Shown: piece after piece, positions 46,054 to 55,997 of the stretch
Position numbering within the stretch: position 1 is the first letter of the stretch
Layout of the letters: every line of letters starts with the position of its first letter
Assembly: GCA_964599405.1 (NCBI GenBank)
Contig: CAZRED010000001.1
Location: 11,528 to 75,527 of the forward strand
Direction of reading: 5' to 3'
Source of the DNA: an uncultured Candidatus Saccharibacteria bacterium
GTDB lineage: Bacteria; Patescibacteriota; UBA1384; 2-12-FULL-50-11
Length of the DNA stretch: 64,000 nucleotides
Notes under the pieces: model-generated
Databases searched by the model: none
Told to the model about the DNA's origin: nothing
The model's input: only the letters and a program-made list of their open reading frames with translations
Position numbers and translations under genes: made by a program

Positions 46054-46800
46054 TTAGATAACGTACTTTCCGCCGCGCTGGTCGCTGATGACTTTGCCGG
46101 ATTTCATTAAAATTACCCGTTTTTGAATGCGATCAACCACCTGACGGTTGTGGGTAGCCAGAATCACCGTCGTACCTTTTTGATTAATCCGATAAAGTAG
46201 CTCGATAATCTCCCAAGTGTTCACCGGGTCAAGGTTACCGGTCGGCTCGTCGGCAATTAAGAGTTTTGGTGAGTGAACCAGCGCCCGGGCAATGGCGGCG
46301 CGCTGCCGCTCGCCGCCAGAGAGCTCGTGAGGATAGGCATTTTTGCGCCGGCCCATATTGACCAAATCAATCACTTTTTCGGCCCGGCGTTCAATATCAG
46401 CTTGGGAGAAGCCACAGACTTCTAGCGCAAAGGCGACGTTTTCCCAAACAGTTTTTTGGGGTAGGAGCTTAAAATCTTGGAACACCACGCCGATTTTGCG
46501 ACGGTAAAACGGCACTTCACTGTCGCGCAAGTCCGATAAATTACGACCAGCCACATATACCTCACCTCTTGATGGACGCTCTTGGAGCGATAAAAGTTTA
46601 ATTAAAGTGGTTTTACCGACACCGCTCTGACCCACTAGAGTGATAAACTCACCTTCGTTAATCACCAAACTGATGTCGCGCACCGCCGCCCGCTTGGCAT
46701 ACTCCTTGCTGGCGTGCTTAAACTCAATCAACGGAATGTTGGTTGGCTTAGACTGGGCGGAGACGAGAGGATTTTGGCCAATCCGAATTACTTCATTCAT
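46054..46800 (-). CDS. ftsE: cell division ATP-binding protein FtsE
   Basis: Walker [35 protein letters not shown]. Confidence 0.9.
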   Translation of the reverse strand: MNEVIRIGQNPLVSAQSKPTNIPLIEFKHASKEYAKRAAVRDISLVINEGEFITLVGQSGVGKTTLIKLLSLQERPSRGEVYVAGRNLSDLRDSEVPFYRRKIGVVFQDFKLLPQKTVWENVAFALEVCGFSQADIERRAEKVIDLVNMGRRKNAYPHELSGGERQRAAIARALVHSPKLLIADEPTGNLDPVNTWEIIELLYRINQKGTTVILATHNRQVVDRIQKRVILMKSGKVISDQRGGKYVI

Positions 46801-46821
46801 CTGTTATATACTACGGCAATT

Positions 46822-48069
46822 TCAGAGAACGAACAGCAACACCATTGCGATCGACATGATCGCAAATGTCGCGTAGCCCAGCACATTGCTTAAGCGGGAA
46901 TTAGTATAGCGGCCCATTAATTTTTTATTGTTGGCGACATGAAGAATAACGTAAATTAAAATTGGCGAAGTGACACCGTAGAATATTCCGGTATATATGA
47001 GGGCTTTAATCGGATGAATACCCAAAAGCGGAATCATCAATCCAATGATAGTCGAGACAATAATTACCCAGTAGAATTGTTTGGCTTGGTAGAACTTACG
47101 CTCCAAGCCTTCCTTCCAATCGAAAGTTTCGGAAAGAGCGTAGGAGCTGGCACCAGCCAACACCGGGATAGCTAGAAAACCAACACTTATAATACCAATT
47201 GCAAAAATAGCATATGCTAAATCTCCGGCAATTGGCCGGAGTGCTTCGGCCGCGTCGCGTACAGTTTCAATATTGGTAACACCGTTAGCGTTTAGTGTGA
47301 CGGCAGCAGCCACAATAATAAACCACATCACTAAATTAGATAAGAACATTCCCGTTGTGACATCTTGTTCCATGTCTTTTAACTCATGTTTTGTGACTAG
47401 CCAGCGGGAGAAAAAACGCTTTACCTTTGAAAGCTTATCTTCTACTTCCATCGAGGTCTGCCAGAAAAATAAGTAAGGCGAGATGGTTGTTCCGAAGATT
47501 GCCACAATTAGAGCGATCGAATCTTTATTAAATGTAAGATTAGGCACAATTGTGGCCTGTAGTGCAGCAGACCAGTCGGTTTTAGTGATAAATGGTATAA
47601 CCAAGTACGCAAGGAGCACTAAAGCAATCCATTTCAACGTATTGGCGATCGCTCGGTAGGAGAAGATGATTAAACAGACCATAATTAGAGCGGCAAAAAT
47701 AATAGCGTAAAACCACTGGGGCAGTGCAGGAATTAGTAGCTCGGTTACTGCTGCCATTGCCGCCAGATCGGCTCCAATATTTAATGCGTTGCCAGCAAAA
47801 ACCAGCCCAACCAACAGTAGCAGTAGCGGACGCGGGTAATGTTTTTTTAGATTTCCCGCCAAGCCATGCCCGGTAACCAAACCGATCCGGGCGCACATCT
47901 CCTGAATTGCCACCATCAACGGAAAAGTTAGTAGCGATGTCCAGAGCAGTTGGAAGCCTGTTTGGGCACCAACTTGAGAATAAATCGTGATGCCGGCAGC
48001 GTCGTCATCACTTAGCCCGGTGACTATCCCGGGACCAACTTTGCGCCAAAACGACCCCAATCGAGACAT
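46822..48069 (-). CDS. mntH: NRAMP-family divalent metal (Mn2+/Fe2+) transporter
   Basis: GPGIVTGLSDDDAAG and TGHGLAGNL motifs, 11 TM. Confidence 0.85.
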   Translation of the reverse strand: MSRLGSFWRKVGPGIVTGLSDDDAAGITIYSQVGAQTGFQLLWTSLLTFPLMVAIQEMCARIGLVTGHGLAGNLKKHYPRPLLLLLVGLVFAGNALNIGADLAAMAAVTELLIPALPQWFYAIIFAALIMVCLIIFSYRAIANTLKWIALVLLAYLVIPFITKTDWSAALQATIVPNLTFNKDSIALIVAIFGTTISPYLFFWQTSMEVEDKLSKVKRFFSRWLVTKHELKDMEQDVTTGMFLSNLVMWFIIVAAAVTLNANGVTNIETVRDAAEALRPIAGDLAYAIFAIGIISVGFLAIPVLAGASSYALSETFDWKEGLERKFYQAKQFYWVIIVSTIIGLMIPLLGIHPIKALIYTGIFYGVTSPILIYVILHVANNKKLMGRYTNSRLSNVLGYATFAIMSIAMVLLFVL

Positions 48070-48085
48070 TCCCCTCCTTACGCTC

Positions 48086-48640
48086 TTAACGCAATTGTCG
48101 CAAAACTTCGACCGAACGCAAAAACAGCGTCGTCAGTTCGGTAATCCGTTGATTAACTTTTTCGTCAGTTACCCGCTCGTCGCCGTCGATAATTTTATCG
48201 CCCCGGGGGATGAACAGTTCGTGCGGCAGTAGCCAAGCTTTGTAGGTGCGCAGAATTGGGTAGATAGAGTGTTGAGCTTGGAGAGTACCAAACTGGCCGG
48301 TCGAGGCGCCAAACAGTAAAACCGGCTTGTTTTCGAGCCCATTACTGCCGTCGAGATGTTCAAAAGCGTTTTTCAGCACCGCTGGTAGGGCATGGTCGTA
48401 CTCTGGCGTCGCCAGAACAAAGCCATCGGCTTCTTCAACCGCTGCTCGCCACTTCTCTACTGCTTGACCGCGCGACGTCTCGTAACCAAGAAACAACGGC
48501 AAGTCCAGGGTGCGTAGCCGGATGGTTTTTGGTTCAAAGCCGGGGTTGGCGCCAATCAGCCGTTCAAAGACTGCCAAGAAACGCTCGTTTAACGATTCGT
48601 GTTGGGCGGAGCCAGAGATTAACAGGATTTTTTGTTTCAT
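48086..48640 (-). CDS. NADPH-dependent FMN reductase family protein
   Basis: KILLISGSAQHESLN flavodoxin-like N-terminus. Confidence 0.8.
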   Translation of the reverse strand: MKQKILLISGSAQHESLNERFLAVFERLIGANPGFEPKTIRLRTLDLPLFLGYETSRGQAVEKWRAAVEEADGFVLATPEYDHALPAVLKNAFEHLDGSNGLENKPVLLFGASTGQFGTLQAQHSIYPILRTYKAWLLPHELFIPRGDKIIDGDERVTDEKVNQRITELTTLFLRSVEVLRQLR

Positions 48641-48656
48641 TTACGTAGTAAACAAT

Positions 48657-49454
48657 TCATAGGATTACTTCTTCCAAATCATGACGGAGTACGCGGCCCG
48701 CTTCAATGTCGAACTCCCGAACTAACTTTTCGAACTGTTGCGCCGACTCGTGGGCTTTTTTGTCTTCACCGAGCTGGTCATAAAGAATTGAAAGCAACCC
48801 GTAGAGCTGGGCGCGACGCCGATCGTAGTGCTCGTCGCCGTGATCAGCTTCGTACCAGCTCAAACTCTGGGTAGCCCAATCCATTGCCTCAAGATACTGG
48901 CCTTTTTTAGCCAACACCCGCGCTAAGTCGAGCATAGCGGTAGCTTGAAAAAAGCCGCTTCCCCGGTCCCTTCTGAATAGTTCCATCGCTCGATTGATAT
49001 AATCGGTCGCTGCGTCGAGATCGTTTTTCTTAAAAAAATGTAGCCCGAGTTTGTCATAGGTGATTGCTAACTCTGAAATAGCGTCGGTTTTTTCCAGCAG
49101 CTCAATACTTTTTTGGAAATACGGCAACGCCTGGGTTGTTAGCGCGGTATGATCATGGAGCATGGCGATGTCGCGGTAGAGATTTCCTAAATCTCTAAGC
49201 GACCGTTCCTGGCTAAACATTTGCTCGGCGGCTCGAAAATATTTTAGGGCATCGCGAAATTTCGTTGAGTCGCTACTCATTACCGACTGCATTGCCGATA
49301 CCCCAGCCAAATGGACGGCCCGAGCTGCTAAAGGCATAGCGCCGTCTGCTTCGGCAAGGCGGGCAATCTCTAAATATTCAGTAATTGCATCATCAACCTT
49401 AGCGTTGTTGCGTAGATTGTCAGCCCGTTGAAAACGCCCCTCCCACGCTGGCAT
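48657..49454 (-). CDS. TPR-repeat protein
   Basis: Repeated TPR-like helices; start set at MPAWEG one nt after secA stop. Confidence 0.5.
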   Translation of the reverse strand: MPAWEGRFQRADNLRNNAKVDDAITEYLEIARLAEADGAMPLAARAVHLAGVSAMQSVMSSDSTKFRDALKYFRAAEQMFSQERSLRDLGNLYRDIAMLHDHTALTTQALPYFQKSIELLEKTDAISELAITYDKLGLHFFKKNDLDAATDYINRAMELFRRDRGSGFFQATAMLDLARVLAKKGQYLEAMDWATQSLSWYEADHGDEHYDRRRAQLYGLLSILYDQLGEDKKAHESAQQFEKLVREFDIEAGRVLRHDLEEVIL

Positions 49455-49455
49455 C

Positions 49456-52044
49456 TTAGGCCCGGTGATGCGGCGCGTTAACCAGCCCGCATTTTTTGTA
49501 TTTGTAAACTTTACCGGTCGCCGGATCGACAGCGCCGCATGGACAAGAATCGTTGCGGCCAATCTTTTTCGAGTCCAGTTTTTTATTGTCAGTGGCTTCA
49601 CGATTAGTCACTTGTTTTTGTTGCGGCGTCACTGTTGTTACTGCTGGCTGATTGACTTGCACCTCCACCCGTTGGAGCATGTCGGTAACTTGGCGATTAA
49701 TCGCTTCATTTAGTTCGTTAAAGAGTCGGTAAGCCTCCTGCTTATACTCCACTAGCGGGTCGCGCTGGCCGTAACCCCGCAGGCCGGTGGAGTCGCGTAA
49801 ATCCTCTAAATTCTTCAGGTGCTCAATCCAGAGTAGGTCGATAGCCCGGAGAAACACCGTCCGCTCCACTTGGGCACGTAGTTCATCGCTCCACTGCTCG
49901 CTCTTTTTTTGGTAGGCGGCCGGTTGGGACTCGGTGAAATAGCTTAAAATTTCTTGATGAATCGCTGCGAAGTGGTCGGGGGTTTTGGCGCTGACCACCG
50001 TGAAACGACGACGGTAGATGGCTTGGCGGTGCTTATTCATTACGTCGTCGTACTCAACCAACTGTTTGCGCATATCGAAGTTGTGCGTCTCCACTTTGCC
50101 TTGGGCTTGCTCAATTGCACGGGAGAGTAGTTTGTTATTGATACTCATATCGTCAGGGATATTCAGGCGCTCCATGATGGCTTTCATCCGGTCACCGCCG
50201 AAGATTCGCATCAGGTCATCTTCCATCGAAACAAAGAACCGGCTGACACCAGGATCGCCTTGCCGGCCGGCTCGGCCACGCAGCTGGTTATCAATGCGAC
50301 GAGACTCGTGCCGCTCGGTACCAACAACGTAGAGTCCCCCCAATTCCAGTACTTGCTGATGACAGGTCTCCCAAGCTTTGAAGGCACTTTTGTCTTCACC
50401 CTCTTGCGGGGTCGCCCCACCCAACACAATATCGACGCCGCGCCCGGCCATATTGGTCGCTACCGTTACTGCGCCCGGTGAACCCGCTTGGGCCACTACT
50501 TCGCCTTCTTTTTGGTGAAGTTTGGCGTTTAAAACATTATGGGGGATGTTGGCGGCTTTCAGCAGCCGAGCTAATTTCTCCGATTTGGCAATCGAAGCAG
50601 TTCCGATTAGCACTGGCTGGCCGATGGTTTGGCGCTCCTTGACTAAGTTAACTACTGCCTGAAACTTGGCCTGCTCATTTTTGTAAATTTCATCAGCGGC
50701 ATCGGTTCGCTGGCTTGGTCGGTTAGTGGGAATTGAGACAACTTCCAAGTGATAAATTTTCGAAAACTCCTCGGCTTCCGTAGCCGCCGTACCGGTCATG
50801 CCGGCTAGTTTCCAATATTGGCGAAAGTAATTTTGGAAGGTGATGGTGGCTAACGTTACCGATTCTTCTCGCACCGCCACTGCCTCTTTAGCCTCGATGG
50901 CTTGATGAAGGCCGCCGTTGTAACGCCGCCCGTGGAGCATTCGGCCAGTGAACTCGTCAATAATTATTACTTCCCCACCCTTCACAACGTAGTCTTTGTT
51001 CTTGCGGTAAAGGGCATGGGCCCGGAGCGCCACATCGGCGTGATGAACCAGCCGGGTATTCTCCGGATCGTACATATTGGTAACTCCCAGCAGCGTCTCC
51101 AACTTTTTTATGCCACTTTCTTGCAATGACGCCCGCTTGGCTTTTTCATCGATAATGTAATCTTGTTCGACCGCCAGCTTCCCGACCAGGGCAGCAAATG
51201 TCTGATAAAGATCGGCTGATTCGTTGGAGGGAGAAGAGATAATCAACGGCGTCCGAGCCTCATCGATTAAAATTGAGTCAACTTCGTCAACAATGGCGAA
51301 TACATGGGGACGCTGTTTCATTTCGTTGGCCGATGAAACCATATTGTCGCGCAAGTAATCAAAGCCAAACTCGTTATTGGTGCCGTAGGTAACGTCGGCT
51401 TGATAGGCTTCCTGGCGGGTAGCGGCTCGGAGATGTTGCAGCCGCCAGTCGTGCTGGTCGTTGGTTTGGTGTGGGTCGTAAATAAAAGAAAAGTCCGGCC
51501 CAATTACCCCGATCGACAGCCCTAAGAAGTGGTAAATTCTGCCCATCCAACCAGCGTCGCGTCGGGCTAAGTAATCATTAACGGTGACGAGGTGTGCTCC
51601 TAAGCCAGTTAGAGCGTTAAGGTACAGCGGCAGGGTGGCCACTAACGTTTTCCCTTCGCCGGTTTGCATTTCGGCAATTTGGCCGCGGTGCAGTACCGAG
51701 CCACCAATAATTTGGACGTCGTAATGGCGCAGTCCTAATGTTCGTTTGGCCGCTTCCCGAACTAAAGCAAAGGCTAACGGCAAATGCGGCGCTAATAAGT
51801 TTACAATCGCTTCTTTGCGCTGCTTATTCTGGAGGATCGAATCGTCAATAGCGCTAGTTTCGGCAACGATTTTTTCGGCCTGGTCGCTGATGGTTTTTTT
51901 TAGCTGCAGCGATCGCTCTTGAAGCTGTTGATTTGTAGCTTTCTCCAATTCCGGCTCCAGTGCTGCCACCGCCGCCGCTGTGTCATCGTAGCGCGAAACC
52001 TCTTTGGCGTTGGCATCGCCAAAGAGCCTAGAAAGTAAACCCAT
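49456..52044 (-). CDS. secA: preprotein translocase ATPase SecA
   Basis: DEAD-like motor motifs, C-terminal zinc finger CPCG...KKCG; start set at MGLLSRLFG. Confidence 0.95.
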   Translation of the reverse strand: MGLLSRLFGDANAKEVSRYDDTAAAVAALEPELEKATNQQLQERSLQLKKTISDQAEKIVAETSAIDDSILQNKQRKEAIVNLLAPHLPLAFALVREAAKRTLGLRHYDVQIIGGSVLHRGQIAEMQTGEGKTLVATLPLYLNALTGLGAHLVTVNDYLARRDAGWMGRIYHFLGLSIGVIGPDFSFIYDPHQTNDQHDWRLQHLRAATRQEAYQADVTYGTNNEFGFDYLRDNMVSSANEMKQRPHVFAIVDEVDSILIDEARTPLIISSPSNESADLYQTFAALVGKLAVEQDYIIDEKAKRASLQESGIKKLETLLGVTNMYDPENTRLVHHADVALRAHALYRKNKDYVVKGGEVIIIDEFTGRMLHGRRYNGGLHQAIEAKEAVAVREESVTLATITFQNYFRQYWKLAGMTGTAATEAEEFSKIYHLEVVSIPTNRPSQRTDAADEIYKNEQAKFQAVVNLVKERQTIGQPVLIGTASIAKSEKLARLLKAANIPHNVLNAKLHQKEGEVVAQAGSPGAVTVATNMAGRGVDIVLGGATPQEGEDKSAFKAWETCHQQVLELGGLYVVGTERHESRRIDNQLRGRAGRQGDPGVSRFFVSMEDDLMRIFGGDRMKAIMERLNIPDDMSINNKLLSRAIEQAQGKVETHNFDMRKQLVEYDDVMNKHRQAIYRRRFTVVSAKTPDHFAAIHQEILSYFTESQPAAYQKKSEQWSDELRAQVERTVFLRAIDLLWIEHLKNLEDLRDSTGLRGYGQRDPLVEYKQEAYRLFNELNEAINRQVTDMLQRVEVQVNQPAVTTVTPQQKQVTNREATDNKKLDSKKIGRNDSCPCGAVDPATGKVYKYKKCGLVNAPHHRA

Positions 52045-53252
52045 TACTTTTGGAGCTCCTCCGGCCAATTGACTTCGCCATTTTGTCCGGAGTGATTTTC
52101 AATAATTGCCAGTAATAGGCGCTCTGTTGCTAGCGTTGCATTCAAAGTATGAGCTAGCTCGTTGCCCGATTGGGAGCTAACTTTAATTTTGAGTAACCGC
52201 GACTGATAGTCAGTGCAATTGCTGGCCGAGTGAGTTTCGCGATAGCGCTGCTGTGAGGGGAACCAACACTCTAAATCCACTTGCTTGGCCGATGTTTGAC
52301 TTTGATCACCGGCGGCGAGCAGTACTGTTTGGTAAGGTAGCTCAAACATTTCGACGAATTTTTTCTGTAATGAAATTAGGAACTGATGTTCTTTTTCAGA
52401 GTCTTCGGGACTAACAATTGAAACTAGCTCCACTTTGTCGAACTGGTGAAGGCGAAACATTCCCCGAACATCTTTGCCGTAGGAGCCAGCCTCTTTGCGG
52501 AAACAGGTTGAAAATCCGACATAACGCCTTGGTAGCTGGTTTTTGGTAATTTTTTGGTTGGCGACCAGTGCTAAGAGTAACGGTTCGGAAGTACCAGAAA
52601 GATACTGGCCATCACCAAGTGAAAATGTATCGTCCTTACCGGCCGGGAAGAAACCAGCGGCTGTGAGCAGTTCTTCTTTGGCAACCACCGGCGGTAGCAC
52701 AAACTGAAAACCATTTTCTTGTGCTAGTGCAATCGCCTTATCCATCAGCCGTCGCTCCATCAGTGCCGCCTCGCCGATCAGGTAGCGGTAGCGGCTACCG
52801 GAAAACTCGGCCGCAATCGGCAGATTTAACTGTCCAGATTTTGTTAAGAGCTGCTCGTGCGCCGGTTTGGCTGAACTATTCGCGTCACCAACTTGATCTA
52901 GAACCTTATTTTTATCGGCCGAGCCGGCTGGAACATCGTCGGTCACCACGTTTGGCAGTTTCAGTAAAGCAACGTGAAGACGCTGCTGGGTTTCGGCGGC
53001 TTTCTTCTTGGCGTTGGTAAGTTCGTCTTTTAGTTTGTTTAGCTCTTCCCTATGACTAACCGCCGACTCTTTAGTTTTAGAAAGTCGGTTACTTTCGCCT
53101 TGGAATAGCTCTAGTTTCTGAATGGTTTTACGAGCCAGTTCGTCCAGAGCCAGTAGCTCGTCAACGGCTTTTTCGCTTAAGCCGCGCTTGGCTAAAGATT
53201 GGCGAACAGTGTCTGATTGTTGGCGAATTAGACCGATGTCAAGCATGGTCAA
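52044..53252 (-). CDS. serS: serine--tRNA ligase
   Basis: N-terminal coiled-coil arm, class II motifs; stop overlaps secA start by 1 nt. Confidence 0.9.
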   Translation of the reverse strand: MTMLDIGLIRQQSDTVRQSLAKRGLSEKAVDELLALDELARKTIQKLELFQGESNRLSKTKESAVSHREELNKLKDELTNAKKKAAETQQRLHVALLKLPNVVTDDVPAGSADKNKVLDQVGDANSSAKPAHEQLLTKSGQLNLPIAAEFSGSRYRYLIGEAALMERRLMDKAIALAQENGFQFVLPPVVAKEELLTAAGFFPAGKDDTFSLGDGQYLSGTSEPLLLALVANQKITKNQLPRRYVGFSTCFRKEAGSYGKDVRGMFRLHQFDKVELVSIVSPEDSEKEHQFLISLQKKFVEMFELPYQTVLLAAGDQSQTSAKQVDLECWFPSQQRYRETHSASNCTDYQSRLLKIKVSSQSGNELAHTLNATLATERLLLAIIENHSGQNGEVNWPEELQK

Positions 53253-53282
53253 AGTGTAGCAAACCCCTGGGAAAGTTCCAGG

Positions 53283-53744
53283 TTAATCTACCGACAGAAC
53301 TTCGTAGGTAATGGCGCCGTCCGGGGTTTCTACCTTGATCTTGTCTTTGGCAATATGCCCAAGCAGGGCCAGTCCCACCGGTGAATCGACAGAAATTTTG
53401 CCGTTCTCTGGATCGGATTCGGTTTGACCAACCAGCTCAAATGTTTCCTTATCGCCCTCAACCAGTACTGTGACCTGGCAGCCGATACTGATAGCGCCAG
53501 TATGCGACTCGGAGACCACTTTGGCGTGCTTTAGGGTTTGTTCAATCTCTTGGATTCGCCCTTCGATAAACGACTGGTCTTCTTTGGCAGACGTATATTC
53601 GGCATTCTCACTTAAATCGCCCAATTCCTTGGCCGTTTTAATGCGGTTAACCACTTCGGGCCGGCGGACTTTGATAAGTTCGTCGAGCTCGTTCTGTAAT
53701 TTATCAAGCCCTTCCTGTGTTACAAGTATATCTTTCTTCGCCAT
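53283..53744 (-). CDS. greA: transcription elongation factor GreA
   Basis: Full-length similarity (LTQEGLDKLQNELDEL...GDLSENAEY). Confidence 0.9.
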   Translation of the reverse strand: MAKKDILVTQEGLDKLQNELDELIKVRRPEVVNRIKTAKELGDLSENAEYTSAKEDQSFIEGRIQEIEQTLKHAKVVSESHTGAISIGCQVTVLVEGDKETFELVGQTESDPENGKISVDSPVGLALLGHIAKDKIKVETPDGAITYEVLSVD

Positions 53745-53939
53745 ATTCCTCGGTTGTCATCGTAGTAGAAATAAAAAAATACGCCGGATGACTATTAATT
53801 TAGTGACAGAAAAATCTTAACAACCCCACCCGAATTGTCAAGTCTAATTGCCCTTGTAGGATTATCTAAAATTACTCAGCAATGTTAGGGGAAAATAGCA
53901 ACTGGGTTAAGGCTAAGTAAAAGGAAAAGGTGTAACCTG

Positions 53940-55562
53940 ATGCCGATGAAGCAAATAAAGTCTCGACCATCGCAGCTGTGGGAGCAATGGTTGGCGCGCT
54001 TACATGGCGCCGAAGTTCCCCAAAAAAACTACTATCGTCTCGAGCTACTGCAGTTAATATCTAGCTGCGACCCTACTGACCATCAACGTTTTTTTCCCCG
54101 TTTTGGCACAATCTTAGCCCGCTCCCTAAAGAGTGGGGTAGTAAAAATTATCGAGCCGGGCAACGGTACCATTCTCTATACCAGCAAATCACCATCCAAT
54201 AAAAAAGTTAACAGAGTCTTAATGAAACAGCTGGCAGATAAACCGGTCGGTTTAATTATTCGGCAGTTTCCCCGCCCACTACGGATAAGCAATAACCGCC
54301 CAGCCATTAAGTCAATTTGCCAGCTTCGGATAGCTATTTCCCCCGAGACACCGGTAGATTTACTAATTCTATCTCCAGAATCACTCGATGATGAAGATCG
54401 CCGTTTCCTGCACTTTGTCGCCGGTATTATTGGACTGTTGGAACAACAGCTGGAAGTATCGCGACAATTAGCGCGTGAGCAAAAATTAATCCAATCGTTA
54501 ACTCAAAATTTGAGCGAAGGGTTAGCACTTTTCTCCGCCGAAGGACGGGTGGTTATTTGGAATCGGCCTCTCCAACGAATGACCGGGTTTGCGCCCAAGG
54601 ACGCCCAAGGAAAAACTTACGATCAAGTTCTCCGCTTTGTTGATCGGCCGAATTGGCTCCAAGAGTTAATTGACACCCACCAAAGTAACCCCAATCAAAG
54701 CGGTTTTTTAGTAGATGGACAAGTAACAACACCTTCCAAGCAATTGCGCTGGCTAGCCGTTTCTGGTTCATTTCTGCGTGACGAACAGGGAACAATTGAG
54801 CAGGTGATTATCCTGGTCCGGGACATCTCCCACAGTAAAGAATTGGAGCAGCGCAAAAACGAGTTTATCTCCATTGCCACCCACGAGCTGCGCACCCCAA
54901 TTACCGCCGTCAAAGGGTACTTGAGCCTCTTGGACAAAGCCCTCGACACGCCGAGCGAAAAACAACAGCTCTACCTAGCCAATGCGTCTTTAGCGACCGA
55001 ACGACTGGTACGGTTAGCCGAAGACCTGCTGCAAGTCATTCGACTCGATGAGGACCGAATGCAGTTTGCCCTGCAACCAATGCAACTAACCAACGTCATT
55101 GAAAAAGTCTGCCACGACTTTAAAGAAAAGGCCCAAAAGAAAAACCTGACCATCCAGTTGACACTACCACCCTTTACAACCACAGTTATTGCCGACCCGA
55201 TAAGATTAGAACAGGTTTTTGCCAATCTCGTTGATAACGCCATTAAGTACACCGACAAAGGGTCAATTAGTATCGGTTTCGAACACTTTTCCGAGAAGCT
55301 GACTAAAGAAGATAAGGTAACTGTTGTTATAAAAGACACGGGAATCGGTATTGACGGTCGGGATTTGGGCGGCGTTTTTGAAAAATTCCATCGCACCAAC
55401 CGGGCAGCTAATACTCGAGAGCCGGGTGCTGGTTTGGGGCTATACATTGTTAAGTCGTTCGTAGAAAAACAGGGCGGTAAGATCAACGTTAAGAGCCGCC
55501 CAAAGCGTGGTAGTGCCTTTGCCATTACCTTCCCTGTCGCCGCCGGCAGAGAACGAATGTAG
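53940..55562 (+). CDS. cytoplasmic PAS-domain sensor histidine kinase
   Basis: PAS region, H-box ATHELRTPITAV, HATPase_c N/G boxes; no TM helices seen. Confidence 0.85.
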   Translation: MPMKQIKSRPSQLWEQWLARLHGAEVPQKNYYRLELLQLISSCDPTDHQRFFPRFGTILARSLKSGVVKIIEPGNGTILYTSKSPSNKKVNRVLMKQLADKPVGLIIRQFPRPLRISNNRPAIKSICQLRIAISPETPVDLLILSPESLDDEDRRFLHFVAGIIGLLEQQLEVSRQLAREQKLIQSLTQNLSEGLALFSAEGRVVIWNRPLQRMTGFAPKDAQGKTYDQVLRFVDRPNWLQELIDTHQSNPNQSGFLVDGQVTTPSKQLRWLAVSGSFLRDEQGTIEQVIILVRDISHSKELEQRKNEFISIATHELRTPITAVKGYLSLLDKALDTPSEKQQLYLANASLATERLVRLAEDLLQVIRLDEDRMQFALQPMQLTNVIEKVCHDFKEKAQKKNLTIQLTLPPFTTTVIADPIRLEQVFANLVDNAIKYTDKGSISIGFEHFSEKLTKEDKVTVVIKDTGIGIDGRDLGGVFEKFHRTNRAANTREPGAGLGLYIVKSFVEKQGGKINVKSRPKRGSAFAITFPVAAGRERM

Positions 55563-55598
55563 TAACTCACAAATTTGCTCTTGATGTAATAATGACAA

Positions 55599-55997
55599 TT
55601 GTTAATATGCCTTCAGATGATCCGGAAAAAAATATTGTTAGTTGAAGACGAGCCGTTATTGGTTAGTTTATACAAAGAAGCTTTTTTGGAGGAGCCGCTG
55701 GCGTTGGATGTGGCTGAAACCGGCAACGATGCTCTGGAGCAAGTCAGGAAAAATCGTCCTGATTTAATCCTGCTCGATATTCTCCTGCCTGGAATGAATG
55801 GATTCGAGGTGTTGCGAAAGCTCAAAGCCTCATCGAAAACCCGTGATATCCCGGTGATTGTTCTAACTAACTTGGGCAGCGAAGAGACCGATAAGGACCG
55901 CCAGCTAGCATTGTCGTTGGGAGCGGTTGATTACCTGGTTAAGTCGTACCACACGCCAGGTGAGATGATTAAAATTGTCTCCAAACGTCTGACTTAG
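55599..55997 (+). CDS. single-domain response regulator (CheY-like receiver)
   Basis: KILLVEDEP...DLILLDILLPGMNGFEV...K motifs; start may be at 55617. Confidence 0.85.
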   Translation: MLICLQMIRKKILLVEDEPLLVSLYKEAFLEEPLALDVAETGNDALEQVRKNRPDLILLDILLPGMNGFEVLRKLKASSKTRDIPVIVLTNLGSEETDKDRQLALSLGAVDYLVKSYHTPGEMIKIVSKRLT

